A stretch of 64,000 bases of DNA from Gemmatimonadota bacterium (GCA_036679605.1 JAZDCZ010000365.1:52329-116328); one strand, 5' to 3'; positions 47,008 to 56,560 are shown, counted from the first letter of the stretch. Program-made: numbers and translations. The notes: a model not told the origin generated them from the letters alone.

Positions 47008-47918
47008 GTGGCGTTCCTACTACCGATGCTGACGTTGGAGCAGATCGCGCCGTTCATGTAGCAGGTGAAACAGGCCTGCTCACCCAGAGGCGTGCGCTTT
47101 TCAGCCGTCTCTTGCAGACTATCCCCAAGCCGGGCGCTGGGGTAGTCCACAAGGATCGGGCATGCATAAACTCCTCGTGCCGTGACCAGCCTGGCCCGAG
47201 TGCACAGTAGCTGGTCGATATCGTAACCCACCATCATCTCAGGCGAGATTCGTTCACAATCCGAGTACTCGCGCGACCGGGATGCTTCCTCGCCCATGTG
47301 CAAAGGTGGTAGGATCTTGACTCTAGCCTTACGGTAGCCGATGCCGGACAACAGTTGGCGGAAATCTTCCAGGATCTGATCATGTTGATCGTCGGGCCAG
47401 CTCTGCATCGCCGTTATGATAGGAAGGAACCCAGCCGCTACCAGACGTTCCACACCCACGAGTGCTCGAGTGAAGGTGCCGGCTCCTCGAATCGCATCGT
47501 TGGTTTGCGGTGAGACTCCGTCTATGCTGACGCGGAACTCCAAGGAATAAAGTGATTGCTCTGCCACAGAAGCCAGGGCGTCGACCTTTCTGTTACTTAA
47601 CAGCGTAGCATTGGTCAGAACCGTGGTTGGGCCTAACTTCAACGCGTCGCCCAGTATCTCAACTATCTCGCGGTTCATGAATGGTTCGCCACCCGTGAAG
47701 TAGTATTCCTTGACTCCGAGTGAAATCGACTCGTCCAGCGCCAGTCGTACGGTTGCCCGATCCATGAACCAGAACGAGTGATTGTTTGGTGAACAGCTTA
47801 TGAAGCAGTGCCGACACCGGAGATTGCAGACCGTACCGGCGACCTGGAGCCAGAGCTGATCCAGTGCCGTCAGCGGAACGGTTGGTGGTGGTGGGGCGTC
47901 GTAGATCGATTGGGTCAT
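47004..47918 (-). CDS. Radical SAM protein with Cys-rich C-terminus
   Basis: 'CNLRCRHC' CxxxCxxC motif and 'YFTGGEPF'. C-terminal cysteines ('ACPIL', 'ACFTCYMNGAIC'). 4-nt overlap with the downstream phosphoesterase. ATG 47918 preferred over TTG 47963. Confidence 0.8.
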   Translation of the reverse strand: MTQSIYDAPPPPTVPLTALDQLWLQVAGTVCNLRCRHCFISCSPNNHSFWFMDRATVRLALDESISLGVKEYYFTGGEPFMNREIVEILGDALKLGPTTVLTNATLLSNRKVDALASVAEQSLYSLEFRVSIDGVSPQTNDAIRGAGTFTRALVGVERLVAAGFLPIITAMQSWPDDQHDQILEDFRQLLSGIGYRKARVKILPPLHMGEEASRSREYSDCERISPEMMVGYDIDQLLCTRARLVTARGVYACPILVDYPSARLGDSLQETAEKRTPLGEQACFTCYMNGAICSNVSIGSRNAT

Positions 47919-47975
47919 GAAGCATATTATTGAGATTGACTGAAGAACGATAGTCGTCAACAAAGGGGTCGTATT

Positions 47976-48905
47976 GTGAATTGTCCGAGTGTCGGTGTGC
48001 TCTTGATGGCATATGGCACGTCGACGACCACGGAGGAAGTGGATGTGCGCAGCTTCCTAAGTCACATACTCGGTTCTTATAGGGGTGTGGAACCGACTGA
48101 TGATGACGTCGACGATTTACGAAGGCGCTTGGTCGCAATCGGGCACTCACCTCTCCGCGATATCACGGCCGGCATTGCAAGTTCATTGCAGGACGCAATG
48201 AATATTCGTGCGCCCGGAGAGTTCGTTGTGCGGACCGCCATGAAGCATTCACCGCCTTATATCGAAGAGGCAGTCCACGAGATGAACCACAGTGGGCTGC
48301 GGCGCGCAGTCGGAGTAGCCCTTGCCCCATTCAGTTCCACCTTGAGCACCGAGGGATACTTCAGGCGGGTCACGGACGCTACCGCGGCTCTTTCGTCGTC
48401 CCTGCATTGGCAGTTCGTCGGACAGTGGCACCTTAATCCGTTGTTCACGCAGTTGTGGCAGAGATTGGTAGCGGAGGGCGCTCGAGAAACGAAAGGTGAG
48501 CCGCTAGTGGTATTCACCAACCACAGTCTGCCGATTGGGGCAACTAGACTGGACGACCGCTATGCAACTCAGTTCGAGGGCGCTGCCGGGCAGATCGCAG
48601 ATCGGTGCGGGTTGGGGCATTGGACGATCGCTTATCAGAGTGCGGGAAAGAGCGGTGGGGATTGGCTGGGTCCCAGCCTTGACGAAGTCTTGAGAGGGAG
48701 GTCTTCGATGGGTTGCAGAGATTTTCTGGTGGCACCCATAGGGTTTGTCATGGATCACCTCGAGATCATGTACGATCTGGATGTGGAGGCAAAGGTCAAC
48801 GCTGAGCGGTTAGGTGTTTGTCTGGATCGCACTGCGATGCCAAACAACGATCCGTTGCTTGTCGAAATGCTGGCAGACGAGGTGCTGAAAGCCGTTAGGA
48901 GCTAA
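47976..48905 (+). CDS. hemH: Ferrochelatase-family protein
   Basis: 'GVLLMAYGTS' N-terminus, length of about 309 aa, and a C-terminal 'APIGFVMDHLEIMYDLD' motif typical of ferrochelatase. Confidence 0.8.
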   Translation: MNCPSVGVLLMAYGTSTTTEEVDVRSFLSHILGSYRGVEPTDDDVDDLRRRLVAIGHSPLRDITAGIASSLQDAMNIRAPGEFVVRTAMKHSPPYIEEAVHEMNHSGLRRAVGVALAPFSSTLSTEGYFRRVTDATAALSSSLHWQFVGQWHLNPLFTQLWQRLVAEGARETKGEPLVVFTNHSLPIGATRLDDRYATQFEGAAGQIADRCGLGHWTIAYQSAGKSGGDWLGPSLDEVLRGRSSMGCRDFLVAPIGFVMDHLEIMYDLDVEAKVNAERLGVCLDRTAMPNNDPLLVEMLADEVLKAVRS

Positions 48906-49837
48906 CGTGCAAACGGAAGTTTTGAACTCAGGCTCGTCACCAACTGAGCCCCATTTGGGAAATTTCTGCCAGAGATGGAGAACTTCACACCAACTTCCGC
49001 CCAAAGATCTCTTACGACGTTGGCGGAGCCAGCGAGTTGCAAGGAAAGCAGCCGGCGCGTGGCAGTCGGTACCCTCAGGCCCTCTACGGTCCATGCGCGA
49101 CCAAATAATCCGTCAGCCGTAACCTTGAGCAAGGTCTTGCTCGTGGGGTTGACCCCGACTTCGGTCAGAAATGCGTACTCACCGCTGGGGTCTTTTAGTT
49201 TGTTCGTGTTTTTAAGTCGGGCCCGGTAGCCCACCCAAGCGATCGAGTAGAGCGGCAAGGGCCAGAAAGAGTGCCCGATCTCGCCCCATCCCTCGAAATC
49301 CCACTGACCCTCTCCCGCCGGGACGGTGCGGGCGTCCAGCGGAGAGGTCCCGATTGGGGCCTTGGCCCCCACTCTGATTGCTATCGGTGTGCTGCCGCCC
49401 AGATCGGTCAGCTTCCATCGTAGCCACCAGCGAATATCTCCGATCTGCACGCCCGACTTGAGCGTGTCACCGTTAAAGCCCATGACCCCTTTTTCGCTGA
49501 ACCGGAGGTCGAAGAAGGATGCTTGCACCCACAGGTCGACATTCTTGTGCAGACCGGTAATGACGTCGATGAATACGGCGCGCGCGTCCGATGTGGCATC
49601 TGGAAAGTAGGGTTTGTCGTCGCCCAGTTCATCGAACCGCTTATCGGTTTTTTGGCGGAGGAACGCAGCTTTTACCCAGACACGCCCGGCTGCTCCCTGC
49701 GTCCACTGAGCGGCTGCCGGGCTCGTAAGAATGAGCGTGGCGAGCAGGGTAAGAGTGCTTTTCACGGCAAAGTCATAACGGCTGGGGTATCGCATGGCAC
49801 TCTCGTATGATAAAGTGACCGCACCTACATTACGCAC
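48902..49837 (-). CDS. Hypothetical outer-membrane beta-barrel-like protein
   Basis: Signal peptide 'LILTSPAAAQW'. Alternating-hydrophobicity strands and a C-terminal aromatic-rich end. The start may be Met 49795. Confidence 0.5.
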   Translation of the reverse strand: MRNVGAVTLSYESAMRYPSRYDFAVKSTLTLLATLILTSPAAAQWTQGAAGRVWVKAAFLRQKTDKRFDELGDDKPYFPDATSDARAVFIDVITGLHKNVDLWVQASFFDLRFSEKGVMGFNGDTLKSGVQIGDIRWWLRWKLTDLGGSTPIAIRVGAKAPIGTSPLDARTVPAGEGQWDFEGWGEIGHSFWPLPLYSIAWVGYRARLKNTNKLKDPSGEYAFLTEVGVNPTSKTLLKVTADGLFGRAWTVEGLRVPTATRRLLSLQLAGSANVVRDLWAEVGVKFSISGRNFPNGAQLVTSLSSKLPFAR

Positions 49838-50306
49838 ATAATCCGCGACCTGTCCAGTCCATCGGTCTCCGGCACCGGAGTATGGGTTTGCTGGTACTGG
49901 ACGGAAGGGAAAATGTCGGACCTATCATTTTGAAACGTTGATCGACTTGGTCGAGTTCCTGAACGCGGGTCTTAGAACCATCGGTCACGTGATCGGCTGA
50001 GGCGGTTTGGCTGCGACGCACCTGCTTGAGACTGGGCTGCGGCATTCTCAGGAGAAGTCTAGCTAAGCTGTTTATTGCCATTGATTTAGACCCATTGCCC
50101 CGAAGTGTTGGAGGGAGTTGGATAATCGTCCTCGCAGGTGGTTCAGGAGCGCTTACAGCGGAGGCCCGTAGCAGATCTCGTGGTGGCGGGAACCCTGGTT
50201 GGTTGAGGGTTGTTATTCATCTCACATCGCCGTGAACCTGCGGCGTCGCTCGGTGCCTTCGCGCGCTGGCACCGGGTTCACTTTTTTTCACTCCGGAGGA
50301 AAAAGT

Positions 50307-50702
50307 ATGTTGAAGCGTACACTCATGGGCGTTGGTGCAGCTGCGTTGCTAGCACTGCCGTCAATGGCTCAGGCACAGGACATGATGAAAATGCCCAAGG
50401 CGCCCGAGGGCCATAAAGCCACTATCACTGGTACGGTCATTGATGTGTCGTGCAAGTTCCGGCATAACCTGACCGGTGACGGCCATCGGATGTGTGCACA
50501 AGTGTGTGCCGACAAGGGTATCCCGTTGGCCATCCTTGGCAGCGACGGCAAGCTGTACATGCCGATCACCGATGCAATGCCTGGTGACGGCTCGAACGCG
50601 CAGCTCAAGCCTTTCGCCGAGCAGAAGGTTCGCATCAGAGGGATGGTCTACGATGCTGGTGGGGCGAATGCGGTGGTGATCACGGAGATCAAGAAGGCTT
50701 GA
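50307..50702 (+). CDS. Small periplasmic Cys-containing protein
   Basis: ATG lies 7 nt after GGAGGA. Signal peptide 'LPSMAQAQ'. 'CKFRH...HRMCAQVC' cysteine cluster. Confidence 0.6.
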   Translation: MLKRTLMGVGAAALLALPSMAQAQDMMKMPKAPEGHKATITGTVIDVSCKFRHNLTGDGHRMCAQVCADKGIPLAILGSDGKLYMPITDAMPGDGSNAQLKPFAEQKVRIRGMVYDAGGANAVVITEIKKA

Positions 50703-50737
50703 CCCAATCATCATCTCGAAGTGAGGCGGGCCGGGGA

Positions 50738-52312
50738 ATGCTTCCCCGGCCCGTACTCGTAACGGCCGGCGCGCTCCTGCTCGTCGTCGGCGCAGTGGCG
50801 GTTGGCCGACTGGCGGGTTCCGGCGACCCCGGCCGCGGGCCGATCGCGGAGTCCAATCCACACGCTCAGCCGGCTGTTGTACGTCTGGATGCCGGAATTA
50901 GGCACCTTGACGTGGGTGAGCCCACAGAGTGGCCTATCCTCGATACAATCCCGCCGACAGAGTTGTCGCGACTACTTTGGTTCCGTGGAGTGGCCGCACA
51001 GCCGCTGGCAGACGGGGGCAGTGTAGTGGTGGACGGCGGCGGCGGAGTGATACGGTTCGACGACGAGCTACGCGTTCATCGGGTCAGGACGGAACTGGAG
51101 GGTCGAGTTCCGATCGGTGTCGCAGCTGACACTGGAAATGGTTTTTGGATAGCCGATGCATCAGGAGGTGTCGAGCGGATCGCTTCCAATGGCCGCATCG
51201 TCCAAACGGTCGACGCTCCGTTCGCGTTCGCCCAGATCTATTCGAGCCCAACTGGAACTGACGTGTGGGCGGTGAGATCTAACCAGAACTGGACCTACCG
51301 GTTCGCGAATGTTAATGAGCCGCTCTTGGCGCGGCTGAATCTGGACGGCAGCACCGGCGACCTACTGAATGGCATACAGGTACCCGAGCACGTCTTGCTG
51401 GCCGATCTCGCGAATGCCGGTCACCTCGTGGTCGAGGACACCACCCTATTCTATGCCCCGTTCATCCGGGATGAGGTAGTCGCACTGAATCGGAGCGGCG
51501 ATACGCTCTGGATAGCGCACCGCGGACTCGAGCAGGCCGTGGACGAACCCCGATTCGTGGTGGAAGATGACGGTGCACCATACATCGACTACGCTCCCGT
51601 GAATCTCGGCATGGCCCGAGGTCCGGACGGATTACTGTACGTGCTGAGCATCCCTGGCCTCACCACTGACACGGCCAGGCTCGACGGTTTCGATCCCGAA
51701 ACAGGGACACTGGTTCGTTCGGTGCTGGTGGAGTCGGACGCTACGATATCGGTCGACCAAGCAGGACGCATCTATAAGCTCGACCCGTTCAGGCTCATTA
51801 CCGGGGTGGCGCCACGAGAAAGAGAGGCCCTTAGGGCCTTCGATCTACCCACGTTGAAAGGTGATAGACTGACCTCAACCGACGTGGCGGGAAAAGTCGT
51901 GCTAATCAACCTGTGGGCCAGCTGGTGCGGGCCGTGCCGTGCCGAAATGCCCGCTCTGGATTCGCTCCAGAAGAGCATCGAAAACCCTGATTTCAAATTC
52001 CTCACGTTCAACGAGGATGTTGCCAAGTCTGAGGCGCAGGAGTTCATCGACGAATTCGGGTTCGATTTCCCGGTGTTGCTCGGTGGTGGCAGATTGCGCA
52101 GCAAGTACCACTATATCGGGCTACCAACCACGATCCTGGTGGATCGTGAAGGGCGTGAAATCGAGCGCTGGATTGGTTTCGCAGGAGAGGCACAGCTCCA
52201 GACGATACGAGCCCTAACCGAGGCTGAGCTTGCGCGAGAGGCAGGGGGCAGCGATCACGAGCACGGCGGCGGACACGAACACCGTGCCGGAATGGACATG
52301 AGCGGGCATTGA
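50738..52312 (+). CDS. Beta-propeller domain fused to a TlpA/ResA-like thioredoxin domain, with His-rich tail
   Basis: N-terminal TM/signal. C-terminal 'VVLINLWASWCGPCRAEMP' (CxxC). Tail 'DHEHGGGHEHRAGMDMSGH'. Confidence 0.8.
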   Translation: MLPRPVLVTAGALLLVVGAVAVGRLAGSGDPGRGPIAESNPHAQPAVVRLDAGIRHLDVGEPTEWPILDTIPPTELSRLLWFRGVAAQPLADGGSVVVDGGGGVIRFDDELRVHRVRTELEGRVPIGVAADTGNGFWIADASGGVERIASNGRIVQTVDAPFAFAQIYSSPTGTDVWAVRSNQNWTYRFANVNEPLLARLNLDGSTGDLLNGIQVPEHVLLADLANAGHLVVEDTTLFYAPFIRDEVVALNRSGDTLWIAHRGLEQAVDEPRFVVEDDGAPYIDYAPVNLGMARGPDGLLYVLSIPGLTTDTARLDGFDPETGTLVRSVLVESDATISVDQAGRIYKLDPFRLITGVAPREREALRAFDLPTLKGDRLTSTDVAGKVVLINLWASWCGPCRAEMPALDSLQKSIENPDFKFLTFNEDVAKSEAQEFIDEFGFDFPVLLGGGRLRSKYHYIGLPTTILVDREGREIERWIGFAGEAQLQTIRALTEAELAREAGGSDHEHGGGHEHRAGMDMSGH

Positions 52313-52325
52313 GGCCGGATTGAAT

Positions 52326-52353
52326 AACCCCGGTCTCCAATCCGGGGTTTTTT
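52326..52353 (+). terminator. Rho-independent terminator between convergent genes
   Basis: Stem CCCCGG / CCGGGG extended by A-T pairs, 8-nt loop, then TTTTTT. Confidence 0.75.
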
Positions 52354-52354
52354 G

Positions 52355-52921
52355 CTAGGGAGTATTCTCGGCTCGCTGCTGGCGGAATCGGCGAATCGTG
52401 AGCCAAGCCACCAGTAGCATGAGTCCCACTACCAGGGCTGTCGCCCCGGGATTGCGCCGGTAGAAGGTCGCGAAACCCATTCCGGACAGTGTGAAGAGAA
52501 CAGCACCGGGAAAGATCCCGACTGCAGTTGTCCAGAAGAACGTCCAGCGCCGGATGGGGGTGAGTCCTGCTGCCCAGTTGACGGCCGTGAAGGCTACAGC
52601 CGGGACCAGACGTAAGAACAGAAGCCCGGGCCAACTCGCCGACAACACCAAGCGATCTGCCTTGGCTAGAGCTGTCGGGGAAAGCAGTCGCGTGCTCCAG
52701 GGCCGGCCGAAGCGCCGCGATAATTCAAAACTCACGACTGCTCCCACAACCGCTCCGCCCCACGTTATGGAAATCCCTAGCACGGCCCCAAACACCATGC
52801 CGTTCACCATCGCGGGTACTTCAGCAGGAATAGGTAGTATCGCCACCGTCACCATGAACAGTGGCGCTAGGACGTAGGTCCAAGGTCCCGCATGCTCGAC
52901 GAAGCTTGCTATGGCATCCAT
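52355..52921 (-). CDS. TVP38/TMEM64 (DedA-related) family membrane protein
   Basis: 'LPIPAEVPAMVNGMVFG' signature and multiple TM helices. ATG 52921 preferred. Confidence 0.78.
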   Translation of the reverse strand: MDAIASFVEHAGPWTYVLAPLFMVTVAILPIPAEVPAMVNGMVFGAVLGISITWGGAVVGAVVSFELSRRFGRPWSTRLLSPTALAKADRLVLSASWPGLLFLRLVPAVAFTAVNWAAGLTPIRRWTFFWTTAVGIFPGAVLFTLSGMGFATFYRRNPGATALVVGLMLLVAWLTIRRFRQQRAENTP

Positions 52922-53237
52922 GGTGGTAGGGAATCTATGCCAGCCCCGTGAGTTGTGAACTTGTGAAACGTATCTCGTTAGCGTTAACAGACCACTGATC
53001 GCTTCGCATGGCGGCAGTTGTCCCTCTGCGCGCTGTGGTTTGCACGCAGAGATCGGGCATCCCAAGTGGGCCTACCGCTCACCAACGCGCGCTCCGGGAC
53101 ACCGCCGCCATGCTGCGCATCCGACGAAACTTTGACTACAGGCAACTAGTGATGGCTGTCCCGAGCCGCCAAACAAAGAACCCCGGACCATCGTCCGGGT
53201 CTTTTCTCGAACTATCTGAACATGTGTCAGTAACCGG

Positions 53238-54426
53238 CTAGGGACTCAACCAGTAGTTCATCTTCACTACGAAGGTATTGGTGCTCGGCGATGAGAACAG
53301 GTCGCCAAGGCTGGACCCGAGCGCGAACTGTCCATTGCCGTTCGAATTCGACCTTCCGTGCTGCCAGACGAAGAATACCGTAGAACCCAAAACATATTCC
53401 CACCGCAGCACGACGTTAGAGCGGAACGAAACGAACGTGAAGTCCGGATTGCCCAGTCCGATATCGGTAGTGCCGTCTTGGTCCAGATCGACCGCTAGGT
53501 TGCCCAGGGTGTCACTCGATAACTGATTGGATCCGAATGTCTCGAACCGACCTGCGAAGTTGTTGCTCCGTGGATCGGTGACTCTCTTGAATCCGCTATG
53601 CTCGCCGGACGATATGAACGGCTCCATGTACAGTTGTAGCGACAAGGTCGGTGAGGCGTGGCGGCTTTATGCCCTCTATTCCCACCAGCTCGCCGAACTG
53701 TGATACGACTCCCGACTGCTCTTTTGGTTGCAGCTTCCACTGCTGCTCTTCGTTGAGCCGGTTGATGGTCCGGTACACGTTGAAGCCGAATTTATGCTTG
53801 CTTCCGTTCGAGAACCGAATCTGGCTGAACGGGATGCGGAACTCAGCTGTCCAGCCTTCATCGTCTCGGCTTGTTGCCACGTCCCAGACGGCATCCCATC
53901 ATTCATCCCTGTTGTTGTCGTCGAAAAGGTAGATGTCGCGCTTGACACCTGCCGGATTCACCATGAATTGGAAGCCCGTGCGGCGGTCGAAGTACGAGTC
54001 GATTGCCACGCCGACCCAGTCGGAGGGAGAGTGCTCGCCGCGTCGTGTTAGCTGGGCGGTGATCAATTCCGGTTTGGAATCGTACGCACGGATTCCCACA
54101 TAGATGGCGGCGTCGGTATACAGAACTTTGACTTCGGTCCGCTCGGTGGCGGGCTTGCCCTCGTTGGGATCGCGCTGAGTGAATCCGCCCATCGCCGGTG
54201 CGTCGGCCCAGGCCGGGTCGTCCAACTTGCCATCGAGCCGTGGCGGGTCAGGTCGGGCCCGGACAGCGACGGCAATTGCGGGCGGCAGGACCTCAGTCGC
54301 CCGAACGGCGTTCTGCTGAGCGTCTGCGTTGCCCGCGACTACGGAAGCCGCCATGAGTACCAAGCCCGCGGTAGCGGCAAATCTATGGTGGGACGTGGAT
54401 TTTGAGCGTTCTATTCCTGAGTGCAC
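53238..54426 (-). pseudogene. Decayed CBM9-like/DUF5916 outer-membrane protein gene
   Basis: N-terminal 'DGKLDDPAWADAP...FTQRDP' and 'EGWTAEFRIPFSQIRF' lie in one frame, interrupted by an in-frame TGA (53896-53898). After 'GIKPPR' the frame shifts into the family C-terminus ('...FFVWQHGR...VVKMNYWLSP'). The total is only about 396 codons. Confidence 0.68.
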
Positions 54427-54645
54427 CGGTCCCCTCCCGACGGATGCGCGTTTGTCTCTTTTCCTTAGTTTTGAAGCATTACGGAACCATGCGCTATCTG
54501 GTTTCCGATTACTGTCTTAGATGTTGTGGAACCCTCGATGGTTGCAACACGGTTCTTGCTTCACGGAATCGGGGTCGGTAAGCTAAGGCGGCTGTGGTTT
54601 CAAGTTGAACTCAATTGCATAGTGAGCGAGCAAGATGGCCTTGAA

Positions 54646-55392
54646 ATGAAAACATTGGTGTTGCTGCGTCACGGCGAGAGCACATGGAACAAGGAGAATC
54701 GGTTCACCGGCTGGACTGACGTCGATCTTTCGGAGAAGGGAATCGAGGAGGCCCACGAGGCGGGCAGAACGTTGTTGGAGGAGGGCTACTCGTTCGACGT
54801 GGCGTTTACTTCGGTCTTGAAGCGCGCGATCCGGACCCTGTGGATTGTACTGGACGAGATGGACCTAATGTGGATCCCGGTGCATCGGCACTGGCGGTTA
54901 AATGAGCGGTACTATGGCGCGTTACAGGGGCTGAACAAGGCGGAGACGGCCGAGCAACATGGCGAAGCCCAGGTCAAGCAGTGGCGGCGCAGTTATAGTG
55001 TGCGGCCGCCAGCTGTGGAGAGGTCAGACGATCGATTTTCGGGCATGGATCCCCGCTACCATCTGCTTGCGGCCGGTGAACTTCCGGTCGCGGAGTGTCT
55101 CGAGGATACCGTCGTACGGTTTCTTCCGTATTGGGAGGACGAGATTGCGCCTGCGGTCAGCCGAGGCGATCGGGTTATAGTAGCCGCCCACGGCAACAGC
55201 CTACGCGCGCTGGTCAAGCACCTGGACCGGGTCTCTGATGACGAAATCGTGGGGCTCAACATCCCGACCGGTATTCCGTTGGTCTACGAATTGAACGATG
55301 ATCTCACGCCAGTCCGGAGCTATTATCTTGGTGATGCGGAGAAAGTGAAGGCCGCTCAGCAAGCAGTGGCGAATCAGGGGAAGGCCAAATAG
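54646..55392 (+). CDS. gpmA: 2,3-bisphosphoglycerate-dependent phosphoglycerate mutase
   Basis: '[20 protein letters not shown]' catalytic His motif and '[11 protein letters not shown]'. ATG 54646. Confidence 0.92.
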   Translation: MKTLVLLRHGESTWNKENRFTGWTDVDLSEKGIEEAHEAGRTLLEEGYSFDVAFTSVLKRAIRTLWIVLDEMDLMWIPVHRHWRLNERYYGALQGLNKAETAEQHGEAQVKQWRRSYSVRPPAVERSDDRFSGMDPRYHLLAAGELPVAECLEDTVVRFLPYWEDEIAPAVSRGDRVIVAAHGNSLRALVKHLDRVSDDEIVGLNIPTGIPLVYELNDDLTPVRSYYLGDAEKVKAAQQAVANQGKAK

Positions 55393-55476
55393 GGTTTAGA
55401 GCCATTGGGAGTGTCCCCGTTGACCGGTTGTCGCAGGGCCGCTAAGTTCAAGTGCTCTGGTATGTTACGGAGTCGT

Positions 55477-55551
55477 GGTGGCTGTAGCTCAATAGGTTAG
55501 AGCGCCGGACTGTGGCTCCGGAGGTTGGGGGTTCGAGACCCCTCAGTCACC
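55477..55551 (+). tRNA. tRNA-His (anticodon GTG) with encoded G-1
   Basis: Hand-folded: G-1, acceptor GTGGCTG/CAGTCAC, anticodon arm CCGGA-CTGTGGC-TCCGG, T-arm GGGGG-TTCGAGA-CCCCT, discriminator C. Confidence 0.9.
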
Positions 55552-55561
55552 CTTATTCTAT

Positions 55562-55634
55562 AGGCTCGTAGCTCAATTGGCAGAGCACCGGTCTCCAAAA
55601 CCGGGGGTTGCAGGTTCGAGTCCTGCCGGGCCTG
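55562..55634 (+). tRNA. tRNA-Trp (anticodon CCA)
   Basis: Hand-folded: acceptor AGGCTCG/CGGGCCT, anticodon arm CCGGT-CTCCAAA-ACCGG, T-arm GCAGG-TTCGAGT-CCTGC. Confidence 0.9.
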
Positions 55635-55639
55635 TCAAA

Positions 55640-55663
55640 GCCCCGCCATTTGGCGGGGCTTTG
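55640..55663 (+). terminator. GC-rich hairpin after tRNA-Trp (probable terminator)
   Basis: GCCCCGCC-ATTT-GGCGGGGC followed by TTTG. The T-run is short. Confidence 0.55.
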
Positions 55664-55676
55664 TCATGCCCGCCAG

Positions 55677-55822
55677 GCTCTTGCCCTCGCCTCTCGCTAT
55701 CGCTCGAGGCGTTCGGGTCGAGTCCTTACACGCTCTTGCCCTCGCCTCTCGCTCTCGCTCGAGGCGTTCGGGTCGAGTCCTTACACGCTCTTGCCCTCGC
55801 CTCTCGCTCTCGCTCGAGGCGC
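55677..55822 (+). repeat. Tandem repeat, 55-nt unit, about 2.6 copies
   Basis: Unit 'gctcttgccctcgcctctcgct(a/c)tcgctcgaggcgttcgggtcgagtccttacac' restarts at 55677, 55732 and 55787. Copies are nearly identical. Confidence 0.9.
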
Positions 55823-55891
55823 ATAGAAGATTAAGGGCGGGGAACGCTCCACCGGGGCGGGGTATATCTCGAGTATGCACCATCGGGCCGC

Positions 55892-56560
55892 ATGTTGTTT
55901 ACGACGGAGATCCCCTGGATGAGCAGAACTGTTCTCTATCTATTCTTGGCGCTAACTGTCCCACACCTCTTGTGGGCTCAGGAGGAGTCCTCGTCAAGAG
56001 ACCACCACACACAAGTAGCTGTTTGGGCCGCCGGGTCGGTTGGCACCGCAGCTCTTTTTGGTGAAGTGAGAGACCGCGGACTCTATCTAGTCGGTCTACA
56101 GTACAAGCGATCACTACTCGATGTCAGCGTCGTGACGTTTAGCTATCGCCTCGATTTGTTGCCGTTCGTGATGATTACCAATGTGCCAACCATTCGGGAC
56201 GACGGAGGGCGGGAGAGGAATATTGGATTGTCCCGGGTCACTATTGGGACTGGGAGTGCTCCAGGAGTGGGGATCATGCCTGCCGGGTTGGACGTAACGT
56301 TTTGGCCGGGAAGTCGGTTGCATCTCAGCTTGGCAGGTGGTGTCGGCTTGCTGATGACGACCCGCGAAGTGCCGCGAGAACATGGTACCAAGGCGAACTT
56401 CCTAGTTGACACCGGGTTAAGCGTGCATTTCGCTTGGGCGACCAAGACGGAGTTGGTGGCCGGATACCAGTTCTATCACATGTCGAATGCGAACTTGGGT
56501 GGGCTCGAGAACCCCGGTTTGGATGTGCATACGTTGCGCGTAGGAATTGCGCGACGGTGA
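55892..56560 (+). CDS. Acyloxyacyl hydrolase / PagL-like lipid A deacylase family outer-membrane protein
   Basis: Signal peptide. C-terminal 'YQFYHMSNANLGGLENPGLDVHTLRVGIA' resembles the His/Ser-containing end of PagL-like beta-barrels. Confidence 0.65.
   Translation: MLFTTEIPWMSRTVLYLFLALTVPHLLWAQEESSSRDHHTQVAVWAAGSVGTAALFGEVRDRGLYLVGLQYKRSLLDVSVVTFSYRLDLLPFVMITNVPTIRDDGGRERNIGLSRVTIGTGSAPGVGIMPAGLDVTFWPGSRLHLSLAGGVGLLMTTREVPREHGTKANFLVDTGLSVHFAWATKTELVAGYQFYHMSNANLGGLENPGLDVHTLRVGIARR

Noticed and set aside
47004-48905. Radical SAM gene as heme synthase AhbD or HemN/HemW, because it is divergent from hemH.
   Set aside because: I saw no sequence features specific to those subgroups. The tight coupling is to a phosphoesterase, not to heme genes. 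Divergent adjacency alone is weak evidence.
53896-53898. In-frame TGA in the DUF5916 gene as selenocysteine or programmed readthrough.
   Set aside because: The family has no known Sec members and I could not identify a SECIS-like element. The same gene also has a frameshift and a missing central region, which fits decay.
55677-55822. CRISPR array after the tRNA genes.
   Set aside because: The 55-nt units are contiguous and almost identical, with no unique spacers. No cas genes are in the window. It is a simple tandem repeat.
55577-56064. ORFs 55577-55834, 55608-55826, 55666-56064 (+) and 55635-55883 (-).
   Set aside because: They run through tRNA-Trp, the hairpin and the 55-nt tandem repeat, and their repetitive translations just reflect the DNA repeat.
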